A stretch of 32,000 nucleotides of DNA. Origin: Candidatus Latescibacterota bacterium (GTDB lineage: Bacteria; Latescibacterota; UBA2968; GCA-2709665). The translations under genes were made by a program, and so were the position numbers. The number at the start of each line of letters is the position of its first letter. Within the stretch, counting starts at the first letter, position 1. The notes beneath the pieces were generated by a model. It saw nothing but the letters and a program-made list of their open reading frames with translations, searched no databases and had not been told where the DNA came from. The stretch lies in contig OZ250150.1 of the NCBI GenBank assembly GCA_965237675.1, positions 370,428 to 402,427 of the forward strand, read 5' to 3'. Positions 1 to 8,065 of the stretch are shown piece by piece.

Positions 1-2
1 AA

Positions 3-938
3 TTCGTCAGCCGTTACTTCGGGTATCACGGAGCAACGTTCGGCGCCATGGCAGCCAGCGGGACGGGGAAACGCAAGACGCCGTTCGAGCCCCAGATGAG
101 CGGATTCCTCAAGGTCTTTCCGCCTACGTATTACAGAGACCGTTTTGCTTCCTGGGAGGAATGCAACCGCTTCTGCGCGCAAATGTTCGAGGACGTGATC
201 GTCAATGAAGACCCGGATACGGTGGCGGGTGTCATTCTGGAACCTATAGGCAATACCGGCGGGATTATTACACCCACCGAGGAGTATTTTCAGATTATCC
301 GCGACGTCTGCGACCGGTACGATGTGATATTGATCTACGATGAGATTATCACGGGGTTCGGCAAGACCGGCTCGATGTTCGCAGCCCAGACGTTCGGGGT
401 GACGCCCGATATCATCTGCGCGGGAAAAGGCATCTCAAGCGGGGCATATCCGGTGGGGGCCATGATGGCGCGGGAGGATATGGGAGACGTCTTTCTCGGA
501 CCGGTGGCGGCGGAGGTCAACTTTGCGCATGGGCATACGTTCGCGGCCAATCCCGTTGCCTGCGCCGTCGGAATGGCCGTAATCGACGAAATCGTGGAGC
601 AGGAGTTGGATCGGAAGGCCGGGGAACTCGGCAATTATCTGGCATCCAGGCTGGAAGGGTTGAAGGATCTGGGCGTGGTGCGCGAGGTGCGGGGCCGGGG
701 GCTGTTGCAGGGCGTTGAACTCGTGAGGGACACCACGTCAATGGCCCCGTTTCCGGAACTGGGGCAGGCGCTGAAACGGACCTCCCTGGCGAACGGGCTG
801 TTGATTCGGATCGACCCGACCTGGTTTGCCGTGAGCCCGGCGTTGATCGTGCAGCGTGAGGATATCGACGAACTGTGCGATCTGGTGCGGAAGAGCCTCA
901 TCGACGCGCTGGAGCAGGTCGAAACTGAAAGTCCGTGA
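3..938 (+). CDS. Class-III (omega-type) PLP-dependent aminotransferase, 5' end cut by the window edge
   Basis: The frame is open from nt 3 (FVSRYFGYHGATFGAMAASG...), so the listed ATG at 48 is internal. Motifs DEIITGFGKTGSMFA and CAGKGISSG (PLP-lysine context) fit class-III aminotransferases. Stop at 936-938. Confidence 0.85.
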   Translation, partial: FVSRYFGYHGATFGAMAASGTGKRKTPFEPQMSGFLKVFPPTYYRDRFASWEECNRFCAQMFEDVIVNEDPDTVAGVILEPIGNTGGIITPTEEYFQIIRDVCDRYDVILIYDEIITGFGKTGSMFAAQTFGVTPDIICAGKGISSGAYPVGAMMAREDMGDVFLGPVAAEVNFAHGHTFAANPVACAVGMAVIDEIVEQELDRKAGELGNYLASRLEGLKDLGVVREVRGRGLLQGVELVRDTTSMAPFPELGQALKRTSLANGLLIRIDPTWFAVSPALIVQREDIDELCDLVRKSLIDALEQVETESP

Positions 939-1016
939 TCCTTTGGCGTCCCGCAGGGTCGAGAACGACTGCACTCTGTTGGATTTCAGCGTTGGAGAAC
1001 AATTCAGGAGGTCCAG

Positions 1017-2117
1017 ATGGCGAATTATCGCGTGGCGATCATCGGCACGGGTCGCGTGGGATACCAGTTCAGTTTCGGAGATCTGCCGGACAACCACGCC
1101 GATACATTGCGGCAACATGCCGACTGCGAACTCGTGGCGGGTGTGAACCGGGGGCGCGAAAAGCTGGAGATCTTCGGACAGCGATACGGAATCGACGCGC
1201 TCTATCACGACTACCGGCGGATGCTGGACGAGATCAGGCCGGATATCTGTATTGTGGCCACCCATCCGGAATTGCATTGCGAGATGGTGGAGACATGCGC
1301 CGCTGCATCCACGACAAAGGCGATTGTCTGCGAGAAGCCGATGGCTCTGTCCCTGGAGGAATGCGACCGCATGATCGACGCTTGCGACAACGCGGGCATC
1401 CTGCTGCAGATCAATCACAACCGGCGGTGGTCACCGGAATGGAATCTGGGGCTGCAGCTGTTGCGCGACGGCGCGATCGGAGACCTGAATCACGTCTATT
1501 GTTATATGGATGGCGGCAAACCGGCGCCGTGGTGGCGAAGCGGGAACGAGGGGCCGCTTCTGCACGACTTTACCCATTATTTCGACCTGATGGATATGTA
1601 CGCCGGCGAGGTGGCATGGTTGTGCGGCATGGCGGAACAGCGGATGCGGCCGTGGGCGGTCGAGGACTTCGGCGCTGCAATGATGAAGTTTGAGAATGGA
1701 GCGACGGGGTTGGTACATGGCGCGGAACTGACAGCCTATACGGACAATGCGTTTGAGTTGCGCGGGAGTGAGGGCGTGATCCGTTTTCTGGGAGAACGGG
1801 TCCATCTCTACCAGGCGGTTGAGGACGACTACGAACCGGACAGCGGGTTTCAATGGAGTTCGTTGAAGCTGGCGCAGGTCGACCATCCGCCGCCCGCGTC
1901 CACGTATGTCCTCGCGCTGAACGAGTTGGTGAACGCGCTGGAGGGTCGCGGCGAATTGAGGAGCGACGGACGGGTTGGCCTGCGGTCCCTGGAAATGGTG
2001 ATGGCAATCTACCAGTCCCAGCTTTCGGGCAATCGGCCCGTCCATTTCCCGCTCGAAGCGCGCGGCTCGGGTGTGGAAGCCCTGCGCGAAGCGGGTGCGT
2101 TCGTTGAGCGTGAATGA
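1017..2117 (+). CDS. Gfo/Idh/MocA family NAD(P)-dependent oxidoreductase
   Basis: AGGAGG lies just upstream of ATG 1017. N-terminal Rossmann segment YRVAIIGTGRVG; CEKPMALSLEECDRMIDAC (EKP motif); family-typical C-terminal end. Confidence 0.85.
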   Translation: MANYRVAIIGTGRVGYQFSFGDLPDNHADTLRQHADCELVAGVNRGREKLEIFGQRYGIDALYHDYRRMLDEIRPDICIVATHPELHCEMVETCAAASTTKAIVCEKPMALSLEECDRMIDACDNAGILLQINHNRRWSPEWNLGLQLLRDGAIGDLNHVYCYMDGGKPAPWWRSGNEGPLLHDFTHYFDLMDMYAGEVAWLCGMAEQRMRPWAVEDFGAAMMKFENGATGLVHGAELTAYTDNAFELRGSEGVIRFLGERVHLYQAVEDDYEPDSGFQWSSLKLAQVDHPPPASTYVLALNELVNALEGRGELRSDGRVGLRSLEMVMAIYQSQLSGNRPVHFPLEARGSGVEALREAGAFVERE

Positions 2118-2130
2118 GCGACCAAAGGAA

Positions 2131-2340
2131 GAAGCTGTTTTAAAATTACTGGTGAGTTCCCGAGCGCGAGCGAAAAAGTGACGGTTATGAGGCGCGAGGG
2201 GCGCGCAGCGCCGACGGGAAAATCCGCCTATGAGAGGCGAGCTAGCGTAGCCTCGACCTCGTAAGACGGGTGGGTTTGACCAACGCCGACCGGCGCTTTT
2301 GCAGCCGCGCGAAGACCGCTGGGGATTTTAAGACAGCTTC
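2131..2340. repeat. TIR-bounded, hairpin-forming intergenic repeat (MITE-like), copy A, 210 bp
   Basis: Starts GAAGCTGTTTTAAAAT and ends ATTTTAAGACAGCTTC (inverted, 1 mismatch). The left 55 nt and right 75 nt each differ by one base from the copy at 23539-23724. The centre is 80 nt versus 56 nt in copy B. Confidence 0.8.
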
Positions 2341-2357
2341 TAAGAAAGGGGATTGCG

Positions 2358-4178
2358 ATGGCGGAATCCGAGGTGCGCGGTTCGTGGATCGAGTACGATG
2401 TGATCGTCCGAAGAAACGTGATGGTGCCCATGCGCGACGGCGTGAGGTTGGCGACGGATCTCTATTTCCCGGCGAAGCAGGGCAGCATTGTGCAGGGCAC
2501 GTATCCGGCGGTGGTCGAACGCACACCCTACGATAAGGAATCGAAATTCAGCGAGGGGCGGTATCTCGCGCGGAGAGGGTATGTGGCCGTCCGGCAGGAT
2601 GTCCGGGGGCGATTCGAATCCGAGGGCGTGTGGCACCCGTTTGCAAAGGAGGCGCCCGACGGGTACGATACCGTGGAATGGGTTGCCGCGCAGCCATGGT
2701 GCGACGGACACGTGGGCACGATGGGCGGGTCGTACTGCGGAAGCGACCAGAGCGCGCTGGCCACCCTGAATCCGCCGCATCTGAAAGCGATGGTGGTCGC
2801 GGTGGGCACGTCGAACTATCACACCAGTTCGATGCGGCAGAACGGCGCGCTGGAGTTGCGGTTCATGATATATGCGTTCAGGATGGCAACGACGAGTAAA
2901 GAGGCGCTGGCCGATGCAACGCTGAAGGCCGCATTGGACGCGGATTTCGCGCGGATCGGAGAATGGATGACGCGGACGCCCTACCGGAAGGGGTCGTCCG
3001 CCCTGCGTTTTCTGCCCACCTATGAGCAATGGGTGCTGGATCTTCTGGGCGAAGGGGACTTCAACGATTATTGGAAGCAGCGGGGATACGCAATCGACCA
3101 CTACTACGACGAACACGCGGACGTGCCCACAATTTACCTGGGCGGGTGGTACGATTCATACACCCGGGGAACCACGGCGAACTATGTGGCGCTCTCGAAA
3201 CGGATGAAATCCCCGCAACATTTGTTGATGGGTCCGTGGACCCACGGCGGATGGGGGAACTCGTTCGCGGGAGACGTGGACTTCGGTTCGGAGTCCGTCC
3301 TGGACGATTACGATGGATACCGGCTGCGCTGGTTTGACAGGTGGCTGAAGGGTTTTGACAATGGGGTCGACCGGGAAAAGCCGGTTCGCATATTCATGAT
3401 GGGCGGCGGCGACGGCCGCAGGAACCGGGAGGGGCGCCTGTCCTATATGGGCATCTGGCGGAACGTAGAGGATTGGCCGCTTCCCGAAACGCGGTTTACG
3501 CCGTACTACCTGCATTCGGACGGCACACTCGGCCAGGAACTGCCGAAACCTTCCGGGCCGAGTCGGTACACGTTCGATCCCAGAGATCCGGTACCCACAA
3601 TCGGCGGCAATCTGTCCGCAGGGGACCCGGTTCTCGTTGCGGGCGCGTACGATCAGCGAGGCGATACCCGATTTTACGGATGCAGCGACAACCTGCCGCT
3701 GCCGACGCGAGGCGACGTCCTCGTCTTCCAGACCCCCGAACTGGACGAGGCCGAAGAAGTGACGGGGCCGTTAACCATGATATTGTGGGCGGCCTCGTCC
3801 GCGACGGATACGGATTTCACCGTGAAACTGATCGACGTACATCCACCGGGCGCGGACTATCCCGACGGTTTCGCGCAGAACATAACGGACAGCATCATCC
3901 GGGGGCGGTATCGGAACTCGCGGGATAAACCGGAGTCGATGGCGCCGGAAGAGATCTATGAACTGGAAATCGTGATGTATCCGACCTCGACCGTATTCGG
4001 GGCTGGGCACCGGATCCGGCTGGATGTCTCCAGCAGTAATTTTCCCAGGTTCGATATCAATCCGAATACGGGGGGCGCATTGGGGCGGGACCGTCGGGTT
4101 GTCCAGGCGGAGAACGCGATATATCACGACCCCGACCACCCGTCACATATTGTCCTGCCAGTTGTACCGGGGTCTTGA
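2358..4178 (+). CDS. CocE/NonD family hydrolase (X-Pro dipeptidyl-peptidase S15-type alpha/beta hydrolase)
   Basis: AAAGGGG lies upstream of the ATG. VERTPYDK near the N-terminus; nucleophile motif GGSYCG; C-terminal beta-sandwich signature SSSNFPRFDINPNTG. Confidence 0.85.
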   Translation: MAESEVRGSWIEYDVIVRRNVMVPMRDGVRLATDLYFPAKQGSIVQGTYPAVVERTPYDKESKFSEGRYLARRGYVAVRQDVRGRFESEGVWHPFAKEAPDGYDTVEWVAAQPWCDGHVGTMGGSYCGSDQSALATLNPPHLKAMVVAVGTSNYHTSSMRQNGALELRFMIYAFRMATTSKEALADATLKAALDADFARIGEWMTRTPYRKGSSALRFLPTYEQWVLDLLGEGDFNDYWKQRGYAIDHYYDEHADVPTIYLGGWYDSYTRGTTANYVALSKRMKSPQHLLMGPWTHGGWGNSFAGDVDFGSESVLDDYDGYRLRWFDRWLKGFDNGVDREKPVRIFMMGGGDGRRNREGRLSYMGIWRNVEDWPLPETRFTPYYLHSDGTLGQELPKPSGPSRYTFDPRDPVPTIGGNLSAGDPVLVAGAYDQRGDTRFYGCSDNLPLPTRGDVLVFQTPELDEAEEVTGPLTMILWAASSATDTDFTVKLIDVHPPGADYPDGFAQNITDSIIRGRYRNSRDKPESMAPEEIYELEIVMYPTSTVFGAGHRIRLDVSSSNFPRFDINPNTGGALGRDRRVVQAENAIYHDPDHPSHIVLPVVPGS

Positions 4179-4185
4179 CGGGCAA

Positions 4186-5082
4186 ATGGGTGACGATTCC
4201 GAGATTACTTATCGGGACCGAAGGTCCGGAAGAATGGTAACTGAACCGCTGTCTTTCGCATTCTTCCAGCGGTGGTTCGATTCTTCAGTCTTCCTTGGGC
4301 TTTACCATTTCCTTTTTAATAACTCAGCGTTTTGCCGGTTATACGGCTGGATGCAGGCGCGTCCCGGAAGTCGCCGCAAAATTCCCCGTTTCGTTCGGCA
4401 GTACGCCATCGATGTCGAAGAGATCGAATATCCCCCGGATCGGTATCCGAGCTTTAACGCGTTTTTCACCCGCCGGTTGAAACCCGATGCCAGGCCGTTT
4501 GACCTGGGGCCCGACACATTCGCCTGTCCCGCGGACGGAAAGGTTCTGGTCTATCGGCAACTCCTGGAAGGCGGCCGGATCCCGGTCAAAGGGGCATCGG
4601 TTCCTTTACATCTCCTGCTGGACTCCGAAGACAACGCGCTTCCCTATCAAGACGGGTCGGCGTTGGTCGTCCGGCTTGCGCCATACGACTATCACCGGTT
4701 CCATTTTCCGGATTCCGGAAAGGCCGGACCGGCGCGTGTCGTCGCCGGGCGGTACTATATTGTCAATCCGCTTGGCCTTGCCAGGGTGCCCGGCGTATTC
4801 TGGCGGAACAAACGCGCGATTACCAGATTCGATTCGGACCAATTCGGACGAATCGCATATGTGGAAATAGGCGGCTTTGCGGTTGGCAGCATTGTTGAGA
4901 CATACACGCCGGGCCCGGTCCACCGGGGTCAGGAGAAGGGTTATTTTCAGTTCGGAGGGTCCACGCTTGTCCTGCTGTTCGAACCGGGGACGGTTGTCTT
5001 TGACGACGACCTGACGGAAGACTCAAGGCGTGGAATTGAAGTGCACGTACGGGCGGGTAGCGGAATCGGCACGCGGACTTAG
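4186..5082 (+). CDS. psd: Phosphatidylserine decarboxylase proenzyme
   Basis: Self-cleavage motif FGGSTLVLLF near the C-terminus; YDYHRFHFP motif. ATG 4186 is 7 nt after the upstream stop; the ORF-track start at 4024 overlaps the previous gene and its first 54 aa look non-coding. Confidence 0.85.
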   Translation: MGDDSEITYRDRRSGRMVTEPLSFAFFQRWFDSSVFLGLYHFLFNNSAFCRLYGWMQARPGSRRKIPRFVRQYAIDVEEIEYPPDRYPSFNAFFTRRLKPDARPFDLGPDTFACPADGKVLVYRQLLEGGRIPVKGASVPLHLLLDSEDNALPYQDGSALVVRLAPYDYHRFHFPDSGKAGPARVVAGRYYIVNPLGLARVPGVFWRNKRAITRFDSDQFGRIAYVEIGGFAVGSIVETYTPGPVHRGQEKGYFQFGGSTLVLLFEPGTVVFDDDLTEDSRRGIEVHVRAGSGIGTRT

Positions 5083-5223
5083 AGTCGAAACCTCAGTGAA
5101 TCAGCGAATGACAGCACGGCGGGTCGCGGGCCGTGAGGACCGGCGCCCGTCTTGATCGACCAAAGCACACGTAATCTGCCGTACCGGAAACCCGATCAGG
5201 GCGAAGCGCCTCTGCGTTTCGTC

Positions 5224-7278
5224 CTATCTTTCTTCCGGCCCCAGGCAGACGAATTCCGCTGGATTCGCAAGGTTCTGATAGGTAGCCTCGATCCACTGAT
5301 CGGACCGGGCCGTGCTCGAGATACGGACTTCCTCGATTTCACCTTGAAACGGCGCCCCGCCGCCCGCGAGCCGGCCGATGACGACCGGTGCCTGACTGGA
5401 CTGGATGGGCCCCGAAGCTTCGGTCGAAGCCACCGGCGTCCCGTCTACATACAGGGTCGTCCGTTCGCCATCGTATACGCCCGAGAGGTGATGCCTGCCG
5501 GGAGTGAGCGTCCTGTTGGCGCGTACGCTCCGGGTACCGCTTTGTGTGTTTATGGTGAAGGCCGGACCCGGCAGTGACGCGCAAAGTCCGCCATTGTGAC
5601 CGCATTCGGCGTATTTGAGTATGAAGGAGGCGTCGCCCGCGGTGTCGTAGCGAAGCACTTTTCCGTGGGGTGCGTATTCGCGAGCGTCGTTCTCGTCGGG
5701 ATCTTCACGCCACGGCGCAAAGTAGACGTACCGTCCGTCGAACGCGCCCCCATTGAAGCCGCCAGGGTTCGGCGGATAGGTGAAGACGCCCCCATCGGCG
5801 GCGTCCCAGGCCGCCCTGTCGTTGAAGTTCATGCACGTGTTGTAACGCAGAACACGGCAGTGGAAACCCCGCTGGGGTTGATCGCCTTCGTAGAACGGAA
5901 TGTAATAAATGTACTGGCCGTCGAAGGCCGCGCCGTCGTAACCTTTGGTATGCAGACCCGACGTGCCTGCCGCGTCATAGGCTTCCCAGCTATCCGGGTC
6001 CACGAAGTCGGCACGAGTGTCGTATCGGACCGCATTGCTGTGCGCATACGGCACATAGTAAATGTAGCGTCCGTCGAAAATGGCGCCCACGCACATCCCC
6101 ATGCCCTGACCACTGGCATCCAGAGCCCGCCAGGCTGCGGGATCGTCGAACTCGCCGCAGGTATCGTGCCGGAGCACGATTCCGCGGTCGTTGAGGGGCG
6201 AGTAATAGACGTAACGTCCATCGAAGGTGGCGCCGTCGTAATTCCTCGACTCCAGCCCGCCGGTGTTACCGGCATCGTAGGTGACATAGCTGGCTGGATC
6301 CTTGAAATCACCCCGCGTATCGTACCGGACGGCTCGGCCGGTTTCGGACCCGTCTACCTCGTATCCGGGTACGAGGTAGATGTAACGTCCGTCATAGGCG
6401 GCGCTCTGGTGGGAAATGTTATTGCCGATATCGTATGCCTGCCAACTTCCGGGATCGTGGAATTCCCCACGCCGGTCGTAACGCAGAATCCGGCTGTGAT
6501 GCGCACGCCCGTCGGTACGTGGAACAAAATAGATATAGTCGCCGGCGTGTACGGCGCCGTAGTATCCTTTTGTGTTGAGGCCGTCGGTACTCCCCGCGTC
6601 GTACCCCTCCCAGCTGTCAGGACTGTTGAACCCGCCGCAGGAGTCGTATCGCAAAACCTGGCCGTGGCGCTCCTGGGAACCATTGAGTTGAGGCGCAAAA
6701 TAAACGTAACGTCCGTCACAGACGGCGCCGAAAAAGCCCCTGGTGTCCAGGCCGTCGGTGTCCCCGGCGTCGTAGGACTCGAACGTATCCATAACTGATC
6801 GCAACGACCACTTGGCGACCAGGGCCTGGAAGGCGTCCGAACGGGTTTGGCTGCTCTCGACCCAGGCTTCGACAGTCAGGGTTTGAGCGCGGTCGAGCGC
6901 TTCGGAGCGTACCAATTCGCTCCCATAACTGACCAGTCTGTAGTCGGTATCCCAAACGGGGTCCGGACATGAAACCGATCCTCCTCCATAGCAGAGGTAA
7001 AAAATCGTATCCGCCGAAAGTGAAGGGATTCTGACTCTTGCCCTCAGGGCGCCGTTTTCGGGATCGTAGGACTCGATACGGTACGCCAGCGTATCGCCCT
7101 GGCGGGATACGAAGTGGATGTCGCTTCCGTCTTCCCTGAGAATGTGACCGCCCCGGTCAACCGGTTTCAGGGCGTTGTCCCGCAGGACCACGAGAAGAGG
7201 AAAGTCTTGAAGGTCCGGGACGACTCCCTCGGGGTTGATGCTGAGTTTTCGGCGGATGAGTTTCCCGGCTGTTTCCAT
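5224..7278 (-). CDS. DUF2341 plus split LamG (Laminin_G_3-like) protein carrying seven inserted Kelch-like/propeller-type repeats; no signal peptide
   Basis: GGAGAGG lies before ATG 7278. aa 10-100 fit the DUF2341 pattern (DFPLLVVL, DGSDIHFV, YRIESYD, RVRIPSL..IFYLCYGG). LamG-like segments are TLTVEAWV..ALVAKW (aa 133-157) and HHLSGVYDGERTTLYVDG..FQGEIEEVRISSTARSDQWI (aa 596-663). Seven repeats W..YDAG.T.GL.T.GY.GA.FDGRY(V/I)Y..P..VLRYDT..F.DP occupy aa ~165-555 (nt 5614-6786). Confidence 0.8.
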   Translation of the reverse strand: METAGKLIRRKLSINPEGVVPDLQDFPLLVVLRDNALKPVDRGGHILREDGSDIHFVSRQGDTLAYRIESYDPENGALRARVRIPSLSADTIFYLCYGGGSVSCPDPVWDTDYRLVSYGSELVRSEALDRAQTLTVEAWVESSQTRSDAFQALVAKWSLRSVMDTFESYDAGDTDGLDTRGFFGAVCDGRYVYFAPQLNGSQERHGQVLRYDSCGGFNSPDSWEGYDAGSTDGLNTKGYYGAVHAGDYIYFVPRTDGRAHHSRILRYDRRGEFHDPGSWQAYDIGNNISHQSAAYDGRYIYLVPGYEVDGSETGRAVRYDTRGDFKDPASYVTYDAGNTGGLESRNYDGATFDGRYVYYSPLNDRGIVLRHDTCGEFDDPAAWRALDASGQGMGMCVGAIFDGRYIYYVPYAHSNAVRYDTRADFVDPDSWEAYDAAGTSGLHTKGYDGAAFDGQYIYYIPFYEGDQPQRGFHCRVLRYNTCMNFNDRAAWDAADGGVFTYPPNPGGFNGGAFDGRYVYFAPWREDPDENDAREYAPHGKVLRYDTAGDASFILKYAECGHNGGLCASLPGPAFTINTQSGTRSVRANRTLTPGRHHLSGVYDGERTTLYVDGTPVASTEASGPIQSSQAPVVIGRLAGGGAPFQGEIEEVRISSTARSDQWIEATYQNLANPAEFVCLGPEER

Positions 7279-7442
7279 GGTATCCTCTCCTGGTCAACGC
7301 TAAGTACGTGTTTAACTCAGACGGAATCCATCTCGATCCGGTATGGATCGCCCGCGATGTGGCGAATTCCGTAAAACAGCATTCCCGGTGGCCTGCCCGC
7401 CTGCGCGGGCGAAGATCTCGGGACCCTTCGCGCCTCGACCCG

Positions 7443-7757
7443 TTAAGGCTGAAGCATGACTTTGATGGAACGGTCGCCGGCGGCGACGAGATCGATGCCG
7501 TCCTGGAATCTCTCAAGAGGCAGGCGGTGGGTCACGATACGATCCATTGGCAAGAGGCCCTTTTGGATCATATCGATAGCGATGGGGTAACAACCGGGTC
7601 CCAGGTGGGCGTCGCGCGAAGGCATTTGAACGCGGACAACGACCTCCTCCGGTCCAGGGCGCGGCACGGGGCGTTCTTCCAGGCGGTAGTCTTCGGATCC
7701 GTGGCAGACAACCGCCGGAATGGTTTCGGGAATTCCGGTATGCGTCGTCAATGCCAT
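7443..7757 (-). pseudogene. Relic of a zinc-type (MDR) alcohol/polyol dehydrogenase: N-terminal ~43 aa fused in frame to the C-terminal ~50 aa
   Basis: The translation MALTTHTGIPETIPAVVCHGSEDYRLEERPVPRPGPEEVVVRV looks like the start of an ADH_N domain. It runs directly into YPIAIDMIQKGLLPMDRIVTHRLPLERFQDGIDLVAAGDRSIKVMLQP, a typical MDR C-terminus. The zinc-binding and Rossmann parts are absent. Confidence 0.6.
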
Positions 7758-8065
7758 TCTCCCGTGAGGACCGTCCGCGACGGCTTGAGACAAGTGTCGC
7801 CGCAGCGTCCGGAACATCCGGCGGACTCGTTACCTTCCAGGACGGACGCCCATCGGGCGTCTTCCGAAACATGACCGAAGAAAATAGTTGCCGCGGCTAT
7901 GCACTGACTTCCCCTGACGCCATTCAAGATAGGATGAAAAAAAATGGATGGCAACCGATTCGGAAGGACCGGTCGCCCGGGTTTTTTCTTGTGTCCGCCG
8001 TCCCCGTCTCCTTACATTGCGGGTGACAATATCCGGGCCTTGACAGACCTGATTGAGAGGAGTGG

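Noticed and set aside
4024-4185. N-terminal 54-aa extension of psd given by the ORF track
   Set aside because: It overlaps the last 155 nt of the CocE/NonD gene in another frame, and its sequence (MSPAVIFPGSISIRIRGAHWGG...) is not conserved-looking. ATG 4186, 7 nt after the upstream stop, gives a normal-length Psd.
5199-5224. Hairpin GGGCGAAGCGCC-TCT-GCGTTTCGTCC at the convergent junction as a terminator
   Set aside because: The stem needs two G-U pairs, it begins on the stop codon of the minus-strand gene, and it is not followed by a T-run on either strand. That is too weak to annotate.
5596-6798. 400-aa plus-strand ORF with its own apparent repeats (..VTSV.. / ..VVTQN..)
   Set aside because: It is the mirror image of the seven-repeat region of the minus-strand DUF2341/LamG gene. 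Its periodicity is inherited from that gene, and it has no start context or recognisable motifs.
7308-7874. 188-aa plus-strand ORF in the 7.3-8.0 kb gap
   Set aside because: It is antisense to the ADH relic and otherwise lacks motifs or a start context. The minus-strand reading has clear MDR dehydrogenase termini.
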